Made by a program: the position numbers and the translations under genes
Source of the DNA: Myxococcota bacterium
GTDB lineage: Bacteria > Myxococcota_A > UBA9160 > JAFDDA01
Length of the DNA stretch: 64,000 bases
NCBI GenBank assembly: GCA_965228475.1
Contig: OZ245817.1
Span: 2,400,001 to 2,464,000 of the forward strand
Reading direction: 5' to 3'
The notes under the pieces: generated by a model
Seen by the model: only the letters and a program-made list of their open reading frames with translations
What the model was told of the DNA's origin: nothing
The model's database searches: none
Shown: in pieces, positions 8,604 through 18,748 of the stretch
How positions within the stretch are numbered: the first letter of the stretch is position 1
How the letters are laid out: each line of letters starts with the position of its first letter

Positions 8604-9323
8604 TCAGGGCAGGAAGAGCAGCGGGTCCTGGGGCGTCCGGCCGCGTCGGACTTCGAAGTGTAGGTGCGGCCCCGTGGATCGGCCCGTCGAGCCGACCTCG
8701 GCGATCTTGTCCCCGCGCCGCACCCAATCGTTGCGCTTCACGTGGAGCTTGCGGGCGTGGGCATACACCGTGGTGTACTGCTTCGAGTGCCGGATCACGA
8801 CGACCTTGCCGTAGGCCCCGAGCGGCCCGCTGTGGATCACCCGGCCGGATTCGGCGGCTCGGATGGGGGTGCCGGGCCGGGCGGCGAGGTCGATGCCCTG
8901 GTGCTTCCGCCCCCAGCGCCGCCCGAACTTCGAGGTGAGGCGCCCTTCGCTCGGCCAGCGGAAGGAGAGATCCTCGCGGCGTGCATCGCGGCGGGCGGCT
9001 TCGCGCGAGGGCGCTTCCTTCCGTTCGATGCCGCGGATCACGCCGGGCGTCCCGGAACCGGTGCCCTCGGGCGGCTTCCCGCCCGGAACCCAGATGCGCC
9101 GCCCGGCGGCGACCTCGCGCACGTCGCGGATGCGGTTCGCGCGCACGATGCGCTTCACGCTCGTCCCGTAGTTCTGGGCGACGCTCCAGACGGTCTCGCC
9201 GGGCCGCAGGACGTGCCAGGCGCCCACGGGCTTCGGGTTGCTGAAGCAACCGCCGAGCAGCGGCAGCACGAAGCACCCGGACAGTGCGGCGAGACGAAGC
9301 TCGCGCCGGGCTAGGCGGCCCAC
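8604..9323 (-). CDS. LysM + M23 peptidase lipoprotein (NlpD-like)
   Basis: Lipobox LGGC, LysM (HVLRPGETVWSVAQNYG), HQGID and HLHFEVR. Start approximate (GTG 9323). Confidence 0.85.
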   Translation of the reverse strand: MGRLARRELRLAALSGCFVLPLLGGCFSNPKPVGAWHVLRPGETVWSVAQNYGTSVKRIVRANRIRDVREVAAGRRIWVPGGKPPEGTGSGTPGVIRGIERKEAPSREAARRDARREDLSFRWPSEGRLTSKFGRRWGRKHQGIDLAARPGTPIRAAESGRVIHSGPLGAYGKVVVIRHSKQYTTVYAHARKLHVKRNDWVRRGDKIAEVGSTGRSTGPHLHFEVRRGRTPQDPLLFLP

Positions 9324-10015
9324 CCGTCGGCCCCGACGAGATCCACGAACCGCGCGGGCCCGAGGATCTCGCGTTCGAAGAGTCCCTCGGCGGTGCGCCG
9401 GATGCGCACCAGACGCTGCTCGCCGCGCTCGCCGAAGGGGCCGACGAGCCGACCTCCCGGTGCGAGCTGTTCGAGCAGTGCCACGGGGACGCGCGGGCCC
9501 CCGGCCGTGACGACGATGGCGTCGAAGGGGGCATCGGCCGGGCGTCCGTGGGTGCCGTCGCCTTCGTGGACGACGACGTTCTCGATGGCGAGGGTCTCGA
9601 GCGCCGCTCGGGCTCGCTCGGCCAGCGCCGCGAAGCGTTCGATGGAGATGACCCGGCCGCACAGGTTCGCGAGCACCGCGGCCTGGTAGGCCGAGCCCGT
9701 TCCGACCTCGAGCACGGTCTCGCCGCCGCGCAGGCGCAGGGCCGCGGTCATGGCCGCCACGGTCCGGGGTGCCGAGATGGTCTGGCCTTCGCCGATCGGG
9801 AGCGCCTCGTCCTCGCGGTAGGCGCGGCCGCGCAGGGCCTCGGGGATGAGCAGATCGCGCGGGACGCGGGCCAGGGCGCGCAGGACCCGCCGGTCGCGCA
9901 GCCCATCGCTCGCCAGGCGCGCGACCATGCGGCGCCGCGCCAGGGCATAGCGCGCAAAACGCCGTTCGCGCCGCGCAGCGCCCTCGTTCCTCTCCACTTC
10001 CCAGTCCATGGACAT
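9311..10015 (-). CDS. pcm: Protein-L-isoaspartate O-methyltransferase
   Basis: C-terminal part of ORF 9311..12745: LPIGEGQTISAP, VLEVGTGSAYQAAVL, APFDAIVVTA. Start ATG 10015 or 10009. Confidence 0.92.
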   Translation of the reverse strand: MSMDWEVERNEGAARRERRFARYALARRRMVARLASDGLRDRRVLRALARVPRDLLIPEALRGRAYREDEALPIGEGQTISAPRTVAAMTAALRLRGGETVLEVGTGSAYQAAVLANLCGRVISIERFAALAERARAALETLAIENVVVHEGDGTHGRPADAPFDAIVVTAGGPRVPVALLEQLAPGGRLVGPFGERGEQRLVRIRRTAEGLFEREILGPARFVDLVGADGWAA

Positions 10016-10134
10016 GGGACGTCGTTCCCCCCGCGAGATTCGCAGCTTAGAGGGGAAGTCCGCGAAACGCCACGGGTTTTCGGCGTGAATCCGGGGCTCT
10101 TCGGCCCCAACCCGCGTTTTCCTGCAGCCGGGGT

Positions 10135-11325
10135 CTAGGCGGCGCGGGAGGCGGCGTCCGCGCGGGCGACGGCGTCGCGGACCTCCGCGCTGCGGAAGAG
10201 CTCGTGGACCGTCAGGGCCAGGGCCCGGGCCGCTTCGAGCAGGCCTGCCTCGCCGGCCGGCTTCGTCGTCGCCTCGGCCAGCGGCCGCGTGTGGAGCTGG
10301 AGCCGTTTGCCCGGAGCGGCGATCGAGAAGTTCGGGTGGATCGTCGGCACCACGCGCGAGACGTGGGTGATGTCGCTCGAGCCGATGTTCTGGTCGGGCG
10401 CGTGGCCGCTCTCCTCGAGGCCGAGCGCGTCGAGCTGCCGCCTGTAGGTGTCGGCCAGCGGCAGGTTCGGGCGCATCGCCGGGGACGAAGAGGCCAGCGT
10501 CTTGACCTCGAGGCGGGCGCCGGTGGCTTCGGCGGCGCCGCGCGCACAGGCGAGGACGCGCGCCGCGGCCTGGTCGAGCTCCGTCTCGTCGAGCGCGCGG
10601 ATCCAGATCTCGGCGGCCGCGTACTCGGGGATCACGTTCGCGGCGCGGCCGCCGTCGGTGATGATGCCGTGGACGCGGACGCCGCGCGGCAGCTGCTGGC
10701 GGAGCAGGCCGACGCCGCTCATCAGCTGGACGACGGCATCGAGCGCGTTGATGCCGCGCTCCGGGTACGCGGCCGCGTGCGAGGCGCGCCCATGGAAACC
10801 GAGCGCGAACTTCTTGTTGCCGAGGAACAGGCGGTGCGCGCGCCGCATGTCCGAAGCGTGGGCCATCATCGCGGCGCCGACGCCCTCGAAGACGCCCCCC
10901 TCGACGAGCCGCCGCTTGCCCACCCCCGTCTCCTCCGCCGGGCATCCGACCACGAGCAGCCGCCCGGCGCTCTCCGGGAGGACGCGCGCGAGTGCCGCGG
11001 CCGCCAGCAGGCTCGCCGGCCCCGAGACGTTGTGACCGCACGCGTGGCCGATCTCGGGGAGTGCATCCATCTCGGCCAGCAGCGCGGCGGTGAACCCGCC
11101 GTTGCCGCGGGAAGCCACGAAGGCCGTCGGCATGCCGGCCACGCCCGCCTCGACGGCGAACCCGCGCTGCCCGAGGCACCGGCGATAGCGCTTCGAGGTC
11201 TCGTGTTCTTCGAGGGAGAGTTCGGGATGCCGCGCCATCCAGCGCGAGAGCTCGAGGGCTTCGCCGGCTTCGTCGTCGATGGCGGAAAGGAGAGCTTCGC
11301 GGGAGGGGTCGCCAGTGGCCGTCAT
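10135..11325 (-). CDS. M20D family amidohydrolase/peptidase
   Basis: HPELSLEE, EMDALPEIGHACGHN and PAEE motifs. Confidence 0.88.
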   Translation of the reverse strand: MTATGDPSREALLSAIDDEAGEALELSRWMARHPELSLEEHETSKRYRRCLGQRGFAVEAGVAGMPTAFVASRGNGGFTAALLAEMDALPEIGHACGHNVSGPASLLAAAALARVLPESAGRLLVVGCPAEETGVGKRRLVEGGVFEGVGAAMMAHASDMRRAHRLFLGNKKFALGFHGRASHAAAYPERGINALDAVVQLMSGVGLLRQQLPRGVRVHGIITDGGRAANVIPEYAAAEIWIRALDETELDQAAARVLACARGAAEATGARLEVKTLASSSPAMRPNLPLADTYRRQLDALGLEESGHAPDQNIGSSDITHVSRVVPTIHPNFSIAAPGKRLQLHTRPLAEATTKPAGEAGLLEAARALALTVHELFRSAEVRDAVARADAASRAA

Positions 11326-11401
11326 GCCCCCCGCATCGGCCGGCGCGAGGCGGTCCTTGACGCAGCCCGCCCCGGCCCGCCCGGCGCCGTTGATTCGCGA
11401 G

Positions 11402-11430
11402 TCGACTTCGCCCGGGGCCCCACGTATACT
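11402..11430 (+). promoter_or_regulatory. Sigma70-type promoter for the hydratase-DUF35-ltp2 operon
   Basis: TCGACT-N17-TATACT. Confidence 0.5.
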
Positions 11431-11503
11431 CGCCGCCCGCCTTCAGGAGCACGAGCTCCTGCGGTTCAACCCCACGGGTTCCAACGCTTTTCAGGAGATT
11501 TCG

Positions 11504-12340
11504 ATGCCGATCGATCCGAGTGCCGTCGGTCAGACGGGTGGCCCCCAGACGCGCAAATGGGATTCCAAGGATGCCCTGCTCTACGCCCTCGGCGTGGGCG
11601 CCGGCACCGACGAGCTCGCCTTCACCACCGAGAACACGAAGGACACGCCGCAGCAGGTGCTGCCGACCTTCGCCGTGATCGTCGGCTCGGGCGGGATCCC
11701 CTTCGACAAGATCGGCAGCTTCAACCCGGCCATGCTCGTCCACGGCGAACAGCGCATCGAGCTCCTGGGCGCGCTCCCCGCCGACGGCGAGGTCGAGGTC
11801 ACGGGCCGCGTCGCGAACATCTGGGACAAGGGCAAGGGCGCCGTCATCGAGATGGAGTGCGAGGCGGTCGACAAGAGCGGCAACACCGTGATGAAGACCA
11901 TGATGAGCGTCTTCATCCGCGGCGAAGGCGGCTTCGACGGAGAGCGTGGCCCCTCGCCGACGTTCGCCGTGCCGGACCGCGCCCCGGACCACGAGGTCAC
12001 CTACCAGACCCGCGAGGACCAGGCGCTGATCTACCGCCTCTCGGGCGACCGCAACCCGCTCCACAGCGACCCGTCCTTCGCGGCCCTCGGCGGCTTCGAC
12101 CGGCCGATCCTGCACGGGCTCTGCACCTACGGCTTCACCGGCCGCGCCCTGCTCCACACGCTCTGCGGCGGCGATCCGGCGAAGTTCAAGTCCATGTACG
12201 GTCGCTTCTCGAAGCCCGTGCTGCCCGGCGAGGCGCTCACCGTCTCGATGTGGGTCGACGGGAACGAGGCGCTCTTCCAGACGAAGAACCCCGCCGGCGA
12301 CGTCGTCCTCGACCAGGGACGCTTCACCTTCGAGAGCTAG
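11504..12340 (+). CDS. MaoC-like double hot-dog (R)-enoyl-CoA hydratase (MFE-2 type)
   Basis: LLYALGVG, LVHGEQ, YRLSGDRNPLHSDP and ILHGLCTYG; SD AGGAG before ATG 11504. Confidence 0.9.
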   Translation: MPIDPSAVGQTGGPQTRKWDSKDALLYALGVGAGTDELAFTTENTKDTPQQVLPTFAVIVGSGGIPFDKIGSFNPAMLVHGEQRIELLGALPADGEVEVTGRVANIWDKGKGAVIEMECEAVDKSGNTVMKTMMSVFIRGEGGFDGERGPSPTFAVPDRAPDHEVTYQTREDQALIYRLSGDRNPLHSDPSFAALGGFDRPILHGLCTYGFTGRALLHTLCGGDPAKFKSMYGRFSKPVLPGEALTVSMWVDGNEALFQTKNPAGDVVLDQGRFTFES

Positions 12341-12358
12341 CCCGGCCGGCGCACCGTC

Positions 12359-12775
12359 ATGGCTCGCCCGCCGCGCCCGACCTGGGATCGCGACTCGGCC
12401 TTCTTCTGGGAGGGGCTCGCGGCGGCCGAGCTGCGCATCCAGCGCTGTACCGCCTGCTCGGCGCTCCGGCACCCGCCGATCCCCATGTGCCCGGGCTGTC
12501 ACTCGCTCGATTGGGATTGGCTCGTGGCGAGCGGGCGCGGCGAGATCTTCAGCTTCGTCGTCCACCACCACCCGCCGATCCCCGGGCTCGACCCGCCGTG
12601 CGTGATCGCGCTGGTGGAGCTCGAGGAAGGCACGCGGCTCGTGGCGAACGTCGGCGGCGTCGCCCCCGAGGACGTCCACGTCGGTATGCCGGTCGAGATC
12701 GAGTTCCGGCGCATCGAGGGCGAAGACGGCTGGACCGTGCCGCACTGGCGCCCGCGCGGCGGAGGCGCCTCGTGA
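12359..12775 (+). CDS. DUF35 Zn-ribbon/OB-fold protein (ChsH2 C-terminal-like)
   Basis: QRCTAC...MCPGC zinc ribbon, then VELEEGTRLVAN OB fold. Confidence 0.9.
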   Translation: MARPPRPTWDRDSAFFWEGLAAAELRIQRCTACSALRHPPIPMCPGCHSLDWDWLVASGRGEIFSFVVHHHPPIPGLDPPCVIALVELEEGTRLVANVGGVAPEDVHVGMPVEIEFRRIEGEDGWTVPHWRPRGGGAS

Positions 12776-13932
12776 GCGTCTCCTTCGCGGGGGCCACGGC
12801 CATCGCCGGCATCGGCGCCACCGAGTTCTCGAAGGACTCCGGGCGCACGCCGCTGAAGCTCGCCCTCGAGTGCGTGAAGGATGCCCTCGACGACGCGGGC
12901 ATCGCCCCGGAGGAGGTCGACGGCCTCGCGACCTTCACCATGGAGGAGAACGAGGAGATCGCCGTCGCGCGCGGCCTCGGGATCCCGGAGCTCAAGTTCT
13001 TCGGCCGCGTGCACTACGGCGGCGGGGCCGCCTGCGGGACGGTGCAGCAGGCCGCGCTCGCGGTCTCCGCGGGGATCGCCGAGGTCGTGGTCTGCTACCG
13101 CGCCTTCAACGAGCGCTCCGGGAAGCGCTTCGGCAGCGCCATGCCCTCCATGGGCAACGTCGAGGCTCCGACGAACTGGAACGTTCCCTTCGGCCTCGCC
13201 ACGCCGGCGGCCTGGGTCGCCATGCTCGCGCGGCGCTACATGCACGAGTTCGGCGCCACGAGCGAGGACTTCGGGCGGGTCGCCGTCGCGGACCGCAAGC
13301 ATGCGGCAACGAACCCCAAGGCGTGGTTCCACGGCCGGCCGATCACGCTCGAAGAGCACCAGGCCTCGCGCTGGATCTGCGAACCCCTCCACCTGCTCGA
13401 CTGCTGCCAGGAGAGCGACGGCGGCGTCGCGCTGGTGGTGACGAGCCTCGAACGCGCGCGCAAGCTCGGAAAGCCGGCGGCGGTCATCCGCGGCGCGGCG
13501 CAGGGCTCCTTCCGCGAGCAGGAGATGATGACGAGCTACTACCGGGAAGAGCTCGGCCTCCCGGAGATGGGGCTCGTCGGCCGGCAGCTCTGGGAACAGT
13601 CCGGACTGCGCCCCGAGGACTGCCAGACGGCGGTCATCTACGACCACTTCACGCCCTTCGTGCTGCTCCAGCTCGAAGAGCTCGGATTCTGCGGGCGCGG
13701 CGAGGCGCGCGAGTTCATCGCCGACGGCCGGATCGAGCTCGGGGGCGCCCTGCCCTTGAATACCCACGGCGGCCAGCTCGGCGAGGCCTACATCCATGGC
13801 ATGAACGGCATCGCCGAAGCCGTGCGTCAGATTCGCGGAACGGCGGCGAACCCGGTGCCCGACGTCGAGAACGTCCTGGTCACGGCCGGGACCGGCGTCC
13901 CGACGAGCGGGCTCGTCCTCTCGCGCGACTGA
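12772..13932 (+). CDS. SCP2-thiolase-fold lipid-transfer protein, Ltp2-like aldolase
   Basis: GIGATEFSKDSGR, LLDCCQESDG, IYDHFT and NTHGGQLGEAYIHG; GTGA overlap with DUF35. Confidence 0.88.
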   Translation: MSVSFAGATAIAGIGATEFSKDSGRTPLKLALECVKDALDDAGIAPEEVDGLATFTMEENEEIAVARGLGIPELKFFGRVHYGGGAACGTVQQAALAVSAGIAEVVVCYRAFNERSGKRFGSAMPSMGNVEAPTNWNVPFGLATPAAWVAMLARRYMHEFGATSEDFGRVAVADRKHAATNPKAWFHGRPITLEEHQASRWICEPLHLLDCCQESDGGVALVVTSLERARKLGKPAAVIRGAAQGSFREQEMMTSYYREELGLPEMGLVGRQLWEQSGLRPEDCQTAVIYDHFTPFVLLQLEELGFCGRGEAREFIADGRIELGGALPLNTHGGQLGEAYIHGMNGIAEAVRQIRGTAANPVPDVENVLVTAGTGVPTSGLVLSRD

Positions 13933-13946
13933 GCCGCTCCCGGCGC

Positions 13947-14570
13947 CTAGCGTCCGTACTGCTTGCGCAGCGCGTCGAGGTCCATCTGCGCGGGGCCCGG
14001 GATCTGGAAGCGGGAGTAGCCCGAGGGGATCTCGAAGTGGCCCGGATCGACCGCGCCCACCTTCAGGTTCGAGAGCTCCATGTGGACCTTCTCGGCCCCC
14101 TTCCCGGTGCGGATCCGGACTGGGATCTCCTGCTTCGTCATCCACATCGTGCCCTCGAAGGCCTGGCCATCGGGCGTCTCGCCGTGCACCCGGTACTTCG
14201 TGGCATCGACGCCGTTCACGGACTCCGTGCCGAGCTTCTCGCGCTCGAGCTTGCCGCCCGCGAACTCGTCCTGGGGCATGCCGTCCTTCCCGAGCGGGTT
14301 CTCGAGGTACATCTTCTGCTCGGGCATCAGTACCCAGGAGACGTTCTTGTCGCGGCGGACGATCATGATGTGCTGACGGCCGCCCATGTTGAATTCGCGC
14401 CGCTCCTTCATGCCGCTGGCGAAGACCTTGCCCCGCATCTGGCCCTGGCTGGCCTCCATCAGCGTGTCGGCCGTGTAGTCGGCCTGCGGCTTCAGCCAGT
14501 CGGCCGGCCCCGCCGCGGCGGACCCCGCCAGGAAGATCACGGACGCACCCACGAGAAACGATCGCAGCAT
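13947..14570 (-). CDS. Secreted DUF4412-like protein
   Basis: Signal peptide; IVRRDKNVSWVLMPEQKMY and KLGTESVNGVDATKY motifs. Confidence 0.7.
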   Translation of the reverse strand: MLRSFLVGASVIFLAGSAAAGPADWLKPQADYTADTLMEASQGQMRGKVFASGMKERREFNMGGRQHIMIVRRDKNVSWVLMPEQKMYLENPLGKDGMPQDEFAGGKLEREKLGTESVNGVDATKYRVHGETPDGQAFEGTMWMTKQEIPVRIRTGKGAEKVHMELSNLKVGAVDPGHFEIPSGYSRFQIPGPAQMDLDALRKQYGR

Positions 14571-14650
14571 CGACACCCCCCGTTCGCGGCGAAGCGCCGC
14601 GTCTCCTCTCGGACGAGGCGGGAGCCTACCGAATTCGACCGGGGCCGATC

Positions 14651-16036
14651 CTAGGGAAGCCGAAAGTGGAAGGATTTCGGCCGCGTGAGGTTCTCGAACC
14701 CGACGCGGGAGAGCGTCGCGCCGCGGCCCGAGTCCTTGACGCCGGTCCAGGCGAGGGCCGGGTCGAGGTAGTCGCAGCGGTTCAGGAAGAACGTGCCGGT
14801 CTCGACGCGCGTCCCGATCGCCCGCGCGGCGTCGACGTCCTGGGTCCAGACGGAGGCGGTGAGCCCGAACTCGCTGTCGTTCATGAGGGCGATCGCCTCC
14901 TCGTCGCCGGCGACCGGCATGATGCCGAGCACCGGGCCGAAGCTCTCCTCGTTCATGACCCGCATGCCGTGGTCCACCCCGACCCAGATCTGGGGCGCGA
15001 GGTACGGGCTCCCGGGCTCGTCCGCCGGGAAGTCGCCCGGGTCGACGAGCGGCCGGGCCCCGCGCGAGGCGGCCTCGGCGTTCTGGGCGCGGACCCAATC
15101 GGCGGCCTCGGCGCGGACGAGCGGGCCGAGGGTGGTCGCCGGATCGAGCGGGTCGCCCAGCCGGTAGCCGCGGACGATCGCCACGGCCGCCTCGACGAAC
15201 TCGTCGAAGCGCTCCCGGGCGACGTAGACCCGCTCGATGCCACAGCAGGACTGTCCGGCGTTGAAGAAGGCGCCGTCGATCACGTTCTCGGCGGCGAAGG
15301 CCACGTCGGCGTCGGCCCGGACGTAGGCCGGATCCTTCCCGCCGAGCTCGAGCCCGATTCCGATGAAGCGTTCCCGGGCCGCCTGCTGCACCCGTCGGCC
15401 GGCCCCCACGGAGCCCGTGAAGGCGATGTAGTCGATGCCCGGGCTCGCCACGAGCTTCTCCGTCACCGCGTGCCCCGCGTGGAGGACCTGGAAGACGCCG
15501 TCCGAGAGCCCCGCGGCAAGGAACGCCGCCGCGAACCGTTCGGCGCAGAGCGGGGTCTGGGCCGAGTGGCGGAGGATCACTGCGTTCCCGGCGAGGATCG
15601 CCGGAACGACCGAGTTCACGGCGGTGAGGAGCGGGTAGTTCCAGGGCGCGATCGTCAGCACCACGCCGAGCGGCTCTCGGCGGATGAACCGTTCGAAACC
15701 CGCGCGCGGTTCCGGAACGACGTCGGCGAGCGCCTCGCCGGCCTGGGCGATCATGGCGCGGGCGCGTTCCTCGAGCCCGCCGATCTCCCCCGGGCTGTGC
15801 GCGATCGGGCGGCCCATCTGCAGCGTGATCTCCTCGGCCGCTTCCGTCCGTCCGGCGACGAAGGCATCGACGAAGCGCGAACAGGCCTCGGCCCGATCCG
15901 CCAGCGGCACGCGCGCCCAGTCCGCCTGGGCCGCGCGGGCCCGCGCGACGGTCGCGGCCGCCTCGGCATCCTCGACGAGCGGCCGCTCACACACCACGCG
16001 GCCGTCGATGGGTGAGATGCAGCGCAGGCTCTCCAT
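14651..16036 (-). CDS. Aldehyde dehydrogenase
   Basis: PWNYP, FTGS, LELGGKDP, GQSCC and EESFGP; ATG 16036 overlaps the upstream stop. Confidence 0.92.
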   Translation of the reverse strand: MESLRCISPIDGRVVCERPLVEDAEAAATVARARAAQADWARVPLADRAEACSRFVDAFVAGRTEAAEEITLQMGRPIAHSPGEIGGLEERARAMIAQAGEALADVVPEPRAGFERFIRREPLGVVLTIAPWNYPLLTAVNSVVPAILAGNAVILRHSAQTPLCAERFAAAFLAAGLSDGVFQVLHAGHAVTEKLVASPGIDYIAFTGSVGAGRRVQQAARERFIGIGLELGGKDPAYVRADADVAFAAENVIDGAFFNAGQSCCGIERVYVARERFDEFVEAAVAIVRGYRLGDPLDPATTLGPLVRAEAADWVRAQNAEAASRGARPLVDPGDFPADEPGSPYLAPQIWVGVDHGMRVMNEESFGPVLGIMPVAGDEEAIALMNDSEFGLTASVWTQDVDAARAIGTRVETGTFFLNRCDYLDPALAWTGVKDSGRGATLSRVGFENLTRPKSFHFRLP

Positions 16037-17646
16037 CAGCGGTGGCCCTCGGCCGCGAGGGCCCACACGACGCCCTCGCACGGCTCGAGCTCGATCGAGC
16101 CCGATGCGCTCGGCGCCGCCGCACCCGGCTTCGTATGCACGCCCGCGGCGATGGCGCCTTCGGGAAGCTCGACCCGCGCCGGGGCATCGCCGAGGTTCAG
16201 CGCGACGACGGCACGCGACGAACCCTCGACCCGCTCGTAGGCGAGCACGTCTTCGGGCGCTTCGAGCCAGCCGAGGCTCCCGCGCTCGAGGGCCGGTGTC
16301 GCGCGGCGGAGCGCGAGCAGGTCGCGATAGAGACAGAGAAGCGAACTCGGGTCGTCCCGCTGGCGCTCGACGTTGCGTTCGGCCGCATCCTCGGCGAGCG
16401 GCAGCCAGGGTTCCCCGTCACTGAAGCCGGCGTTCTTTCCGGCGTCCCACTGCATGGGCGTGCGCTCCGGGTCTCGGGAGATCTTCGGGTGGATCGTCCA
16501 GGCCAGCGGGTCCTGGAGGCGGTCCTCCGGGACGGGCACGTTGCGCATGCCGAGCTCCTCGCCGTAGTAGAGGAACGGCGTGCCCCGGAGCGTCAGCAGG
16601 AGCGCGGCCGCGAGCCGCGCCCGGGCGTCCCCGAGCTCGGGGTGGTCGAAGCGCGTCGCGTGGCGTGCGATGTCGTGGTTCGAGAACACCCAGACGGGCC
16701 AGCCCTCTTCGGGCACGAGGGCGCTGAACTCTTCGACCTCCCGGCGAAGGGCCGCGGCCGACCACTCCTGCCGCAGGAAGGCGAAGTTGAAGGCGAGGTC
16801 GAGCTCGTCGCCCTGGCCGTAGTACGCGGCGGTCCGGGCCGAGGACGGCGCGGCCAGCGCGACCTCCCCCACCGTCATGCGCTCCGGGTACTCGTCCATC
16901 ACCTTCCGGATGCGCTTCAGGAAGCCGTGGACGTCCGGGTGGTCTTCGTCGTGCTCGTGGACCTGGCCGAGGAAGCCCGACCAGCCGTTCTCGTGGGCCG
17001 GGTTGTCGCGCAGCGCCGGATCCTTGGCGATGCGGTGGATCACGTCGATGCGGAACCCGTCGATGCCGCGGTCGAGCCAGAAGCGCAGCACGTCGTGCAT
17101 GGCGGCCTCGAGCTCCGGGTTGCGCCAGTTGACGTCGGGCTGCTCCTTCAGGAACGAGCGCAGGTAGTACTGCCCGGTCGCCTCGTCGAGCTCCCAGGCG
17201 GGGCCGCCGAAGACGGCCTGCCAGTTGTTCGGCGGCCCGCCGTCCGGCGCTGGATCGCGCCAGACGTACCAGTCGCGCTTCGCGGAATCCCGGCTCACGC
17301 GCGACTCCTTGAACCAGGCGTGCTGGTCCGAGGTGTGGTTCGGGACCCAATCGAGGATCACGCGGATCTCCCGGGCATGCGCCTCGGCGACGAGCCGGTC
17401 GAGGTCCGCGAGGCTCCCGAACATCGGGTCGACGTCGCAGTAGTCCGAGACGTCGTAGCCGAAGTCCTTCATGGGCGAGGGAAAGCACGGCGAGAGCCAG
17501 AACGCGTCCACCCCGAGCCAGGCCAGGTGGTCGAGCCGCTGGCGGATGCCCTCGAGATCCCCGATGCCGTCCCCGTTCGCGTCCATGAACGAGCGCGGAT
17601 AGATCTGGTAGACGACGCCGTGCTTCCACCAGAGGCGATCGGCCAT
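16036..17646 (-). CDS. GH13 alpha-glucosidase/oligo-1,6-glucosidase
   Basis: YQIYPRSF, DWVPNHTS, GFRIDV, VGE and FSNHD conserved regions. Confidence 0.92.
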   Translation of the reverse strand: MADRLWWKHGVVYQIYPRSFMDANGDGIGDLEGIRQRLDHLAWLGVDAFWLSPCFPSPMKDFGYDVSDYCDVDPMFGSLADLDRLVAEAHAREIRVILDWVPNHTSDQHAWFKESRVSRDSAKRDWYVWRDPAPDGGPPNNWQAVFGGPAWELDEATGQYYLRSFLKEQPDVNWRNPELEAAMHDVLRFWLDRGIDGFRIDVIHRIAKDPALRDNPAHENGWSGFLGQVHEHDEDHPDVHGFLKRIRKVMDEYPERMTVGEVALAAPSSARTAAYYGQGDELDLAFNFAFLRQEWSAAALRREVEEFSALVPEEGWPVWVFSNHDIARHATRFDHPELGDARARLAAALLLTLRGTPFLYYGEELGMRNVPVPEDRLQDPLAWTIHPKISRDPERTPMQWDAGKNAGFSDGEPWLPLAEDAAERNVERQRDDPSSLLCLYRDLLALRRATPALERGSLGWLEAPEDVLAYERVEGSSRAVVALNLGDAPARVELPEGAIAAGVHTKPGAAAPSASGSIELEPCEGVVWALAAEGHR

Positions 17647-18722
17647 CACGGGCGCGCCTCGTAGTAGGCATTCATCGGATGCTCGATCTCGCAGCGCCGG
17701 AAGCGGGTGAAGCCCGCGGTCTCCGCCATCTCCCGGCACAGGCCCTCGTGGAGACCGAGCGTGCCGAGCCCGGCGCCGCCCGGCTCCGAGAGCGCGCTCG
17801 ACATGCACGAGACCACCGAGAAGCCGTACATCATGGCGGCCATCGGGTTCTTCTCGACGTTCTCCTCAAAGCTCGGCAGCGCCTTGATGTCGGCGATGAA
17901 CCAGGTGCCGTCGGGCTTCACCGCCGCCCGGATGGCCTTCATCACCTCCTGCGGGTGGGTCATGTCGTGGAGGCAATCGAAGGTGGTGACGAGATCGAAG
18001 CGCGGCTCGGGCGGGAGCGGGTCGCTTCGCACGTCGTGGAAGGTGAGATTCGCGAGGCCCGCCTCGCGCTGGTTCTCGGCGGCGAGCGCCAGGGCGTGCT
18101 CGGAGACCTCGTAGCCGTGGAACTCGGACTTCGGGAAGGCCTTCGCCATCTCGATCAGCGCGACGCCGCTCCCGCAGCCGACGTCGGCCACCGCCGCTCC
18201 CGCTTCGAGCTTCGGCACCACGCCCTCGAGCTGCGGCAAGGCGAAGGGAACGAGCAGCGTGCGGAACCACGGCGCAAAGCCGCGCTCGACGCCGCGGTTG
18301 CCCTCGGGGCCGAAGGCGTCGTACGGCAATCCGCGGCCGGTCCGGAAGGCCTCCGGGAGCCGCTCGAGCACCTTGATCTGATCGGGCAGTCCACAGAACG
18401 TGCCCGCGGCGAAGGCCGGGTGGTTCTCCTCGGCCAGCGCGATGGCGGCCTCCGGGTAGAGCTCGAAGCGTCCCTCGCCGTGCGCATCGAGGAGTCCCGC
18501 AGCCGCCTGGCCATAGAGCCACTCGCGGACCCAGCGCTCGTCGAGCTCGGTCTTCTCGGCGAGCTCGTGGGAGGTCATCGGCCCGGCGCCGTTCATCGCG
18601 CGATAGAGCCCGAGCCGATCGCCCAGGTAGATCATCCCCGAAACCATCGCCCCCTGGAGCTGGCCGTAGATCCCGCGGACGGTCGCTTGCAGCTTCTCGA
18701 GATCGATCGGAGCGTCGGACAT
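17646..18722 (-). CDS. Class I SAM-dependent methyltransferase with N-terminal wHTH (Rv2258c-like)
   Basis: LGDRLGLYRAM, ERWVREWL, DVGCGSG and FDCLHD motifs. Confidence 0.88.
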   Translation of the reverse strand: MSDAPIDLEKLQATVRGIYGQLQGAMVSGMIYLGDRLGLYRAMNGAGPMTSHELAEKTELDERWVREWLYGQAAAGLLDAHGEGRFELYPEAAIALAEENHPAFAAGTFCGLPDQIKVLERLPEAFRTGRGLPYDAFGPEGNRGVERGFAPWFRTLLVPFALPQLEGVVPKLEAGAAVADVGCGSGVALIEMAKAFPKSEFHGYEVSEHALALAAENQREAGLANLTFHDVRSDPLPPEPRFDLVTTFDCLHDMTHPQEVMKAIRAAVKPDGTWFIADIKALPSFEENVEKNPMAAMMYGFSVVSCMSSALSEPGGAGLGTLGLHEGLCREMAETAGFTRFRRCEIEHPMNAYYEARP

Positions 18723-18748
18723 GGGCCCTCCCGTTGGGGAGGGCGAGT

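Noticed and set aside
9311..13932. Very long ORFs 9311..12745(-) and 10204..13932(+) suggesting fusions
   Set aside because: Only their 3' ends (pcm, ltp2-like) are protein-like; the rest is stop-poor shadow frame over real genes.
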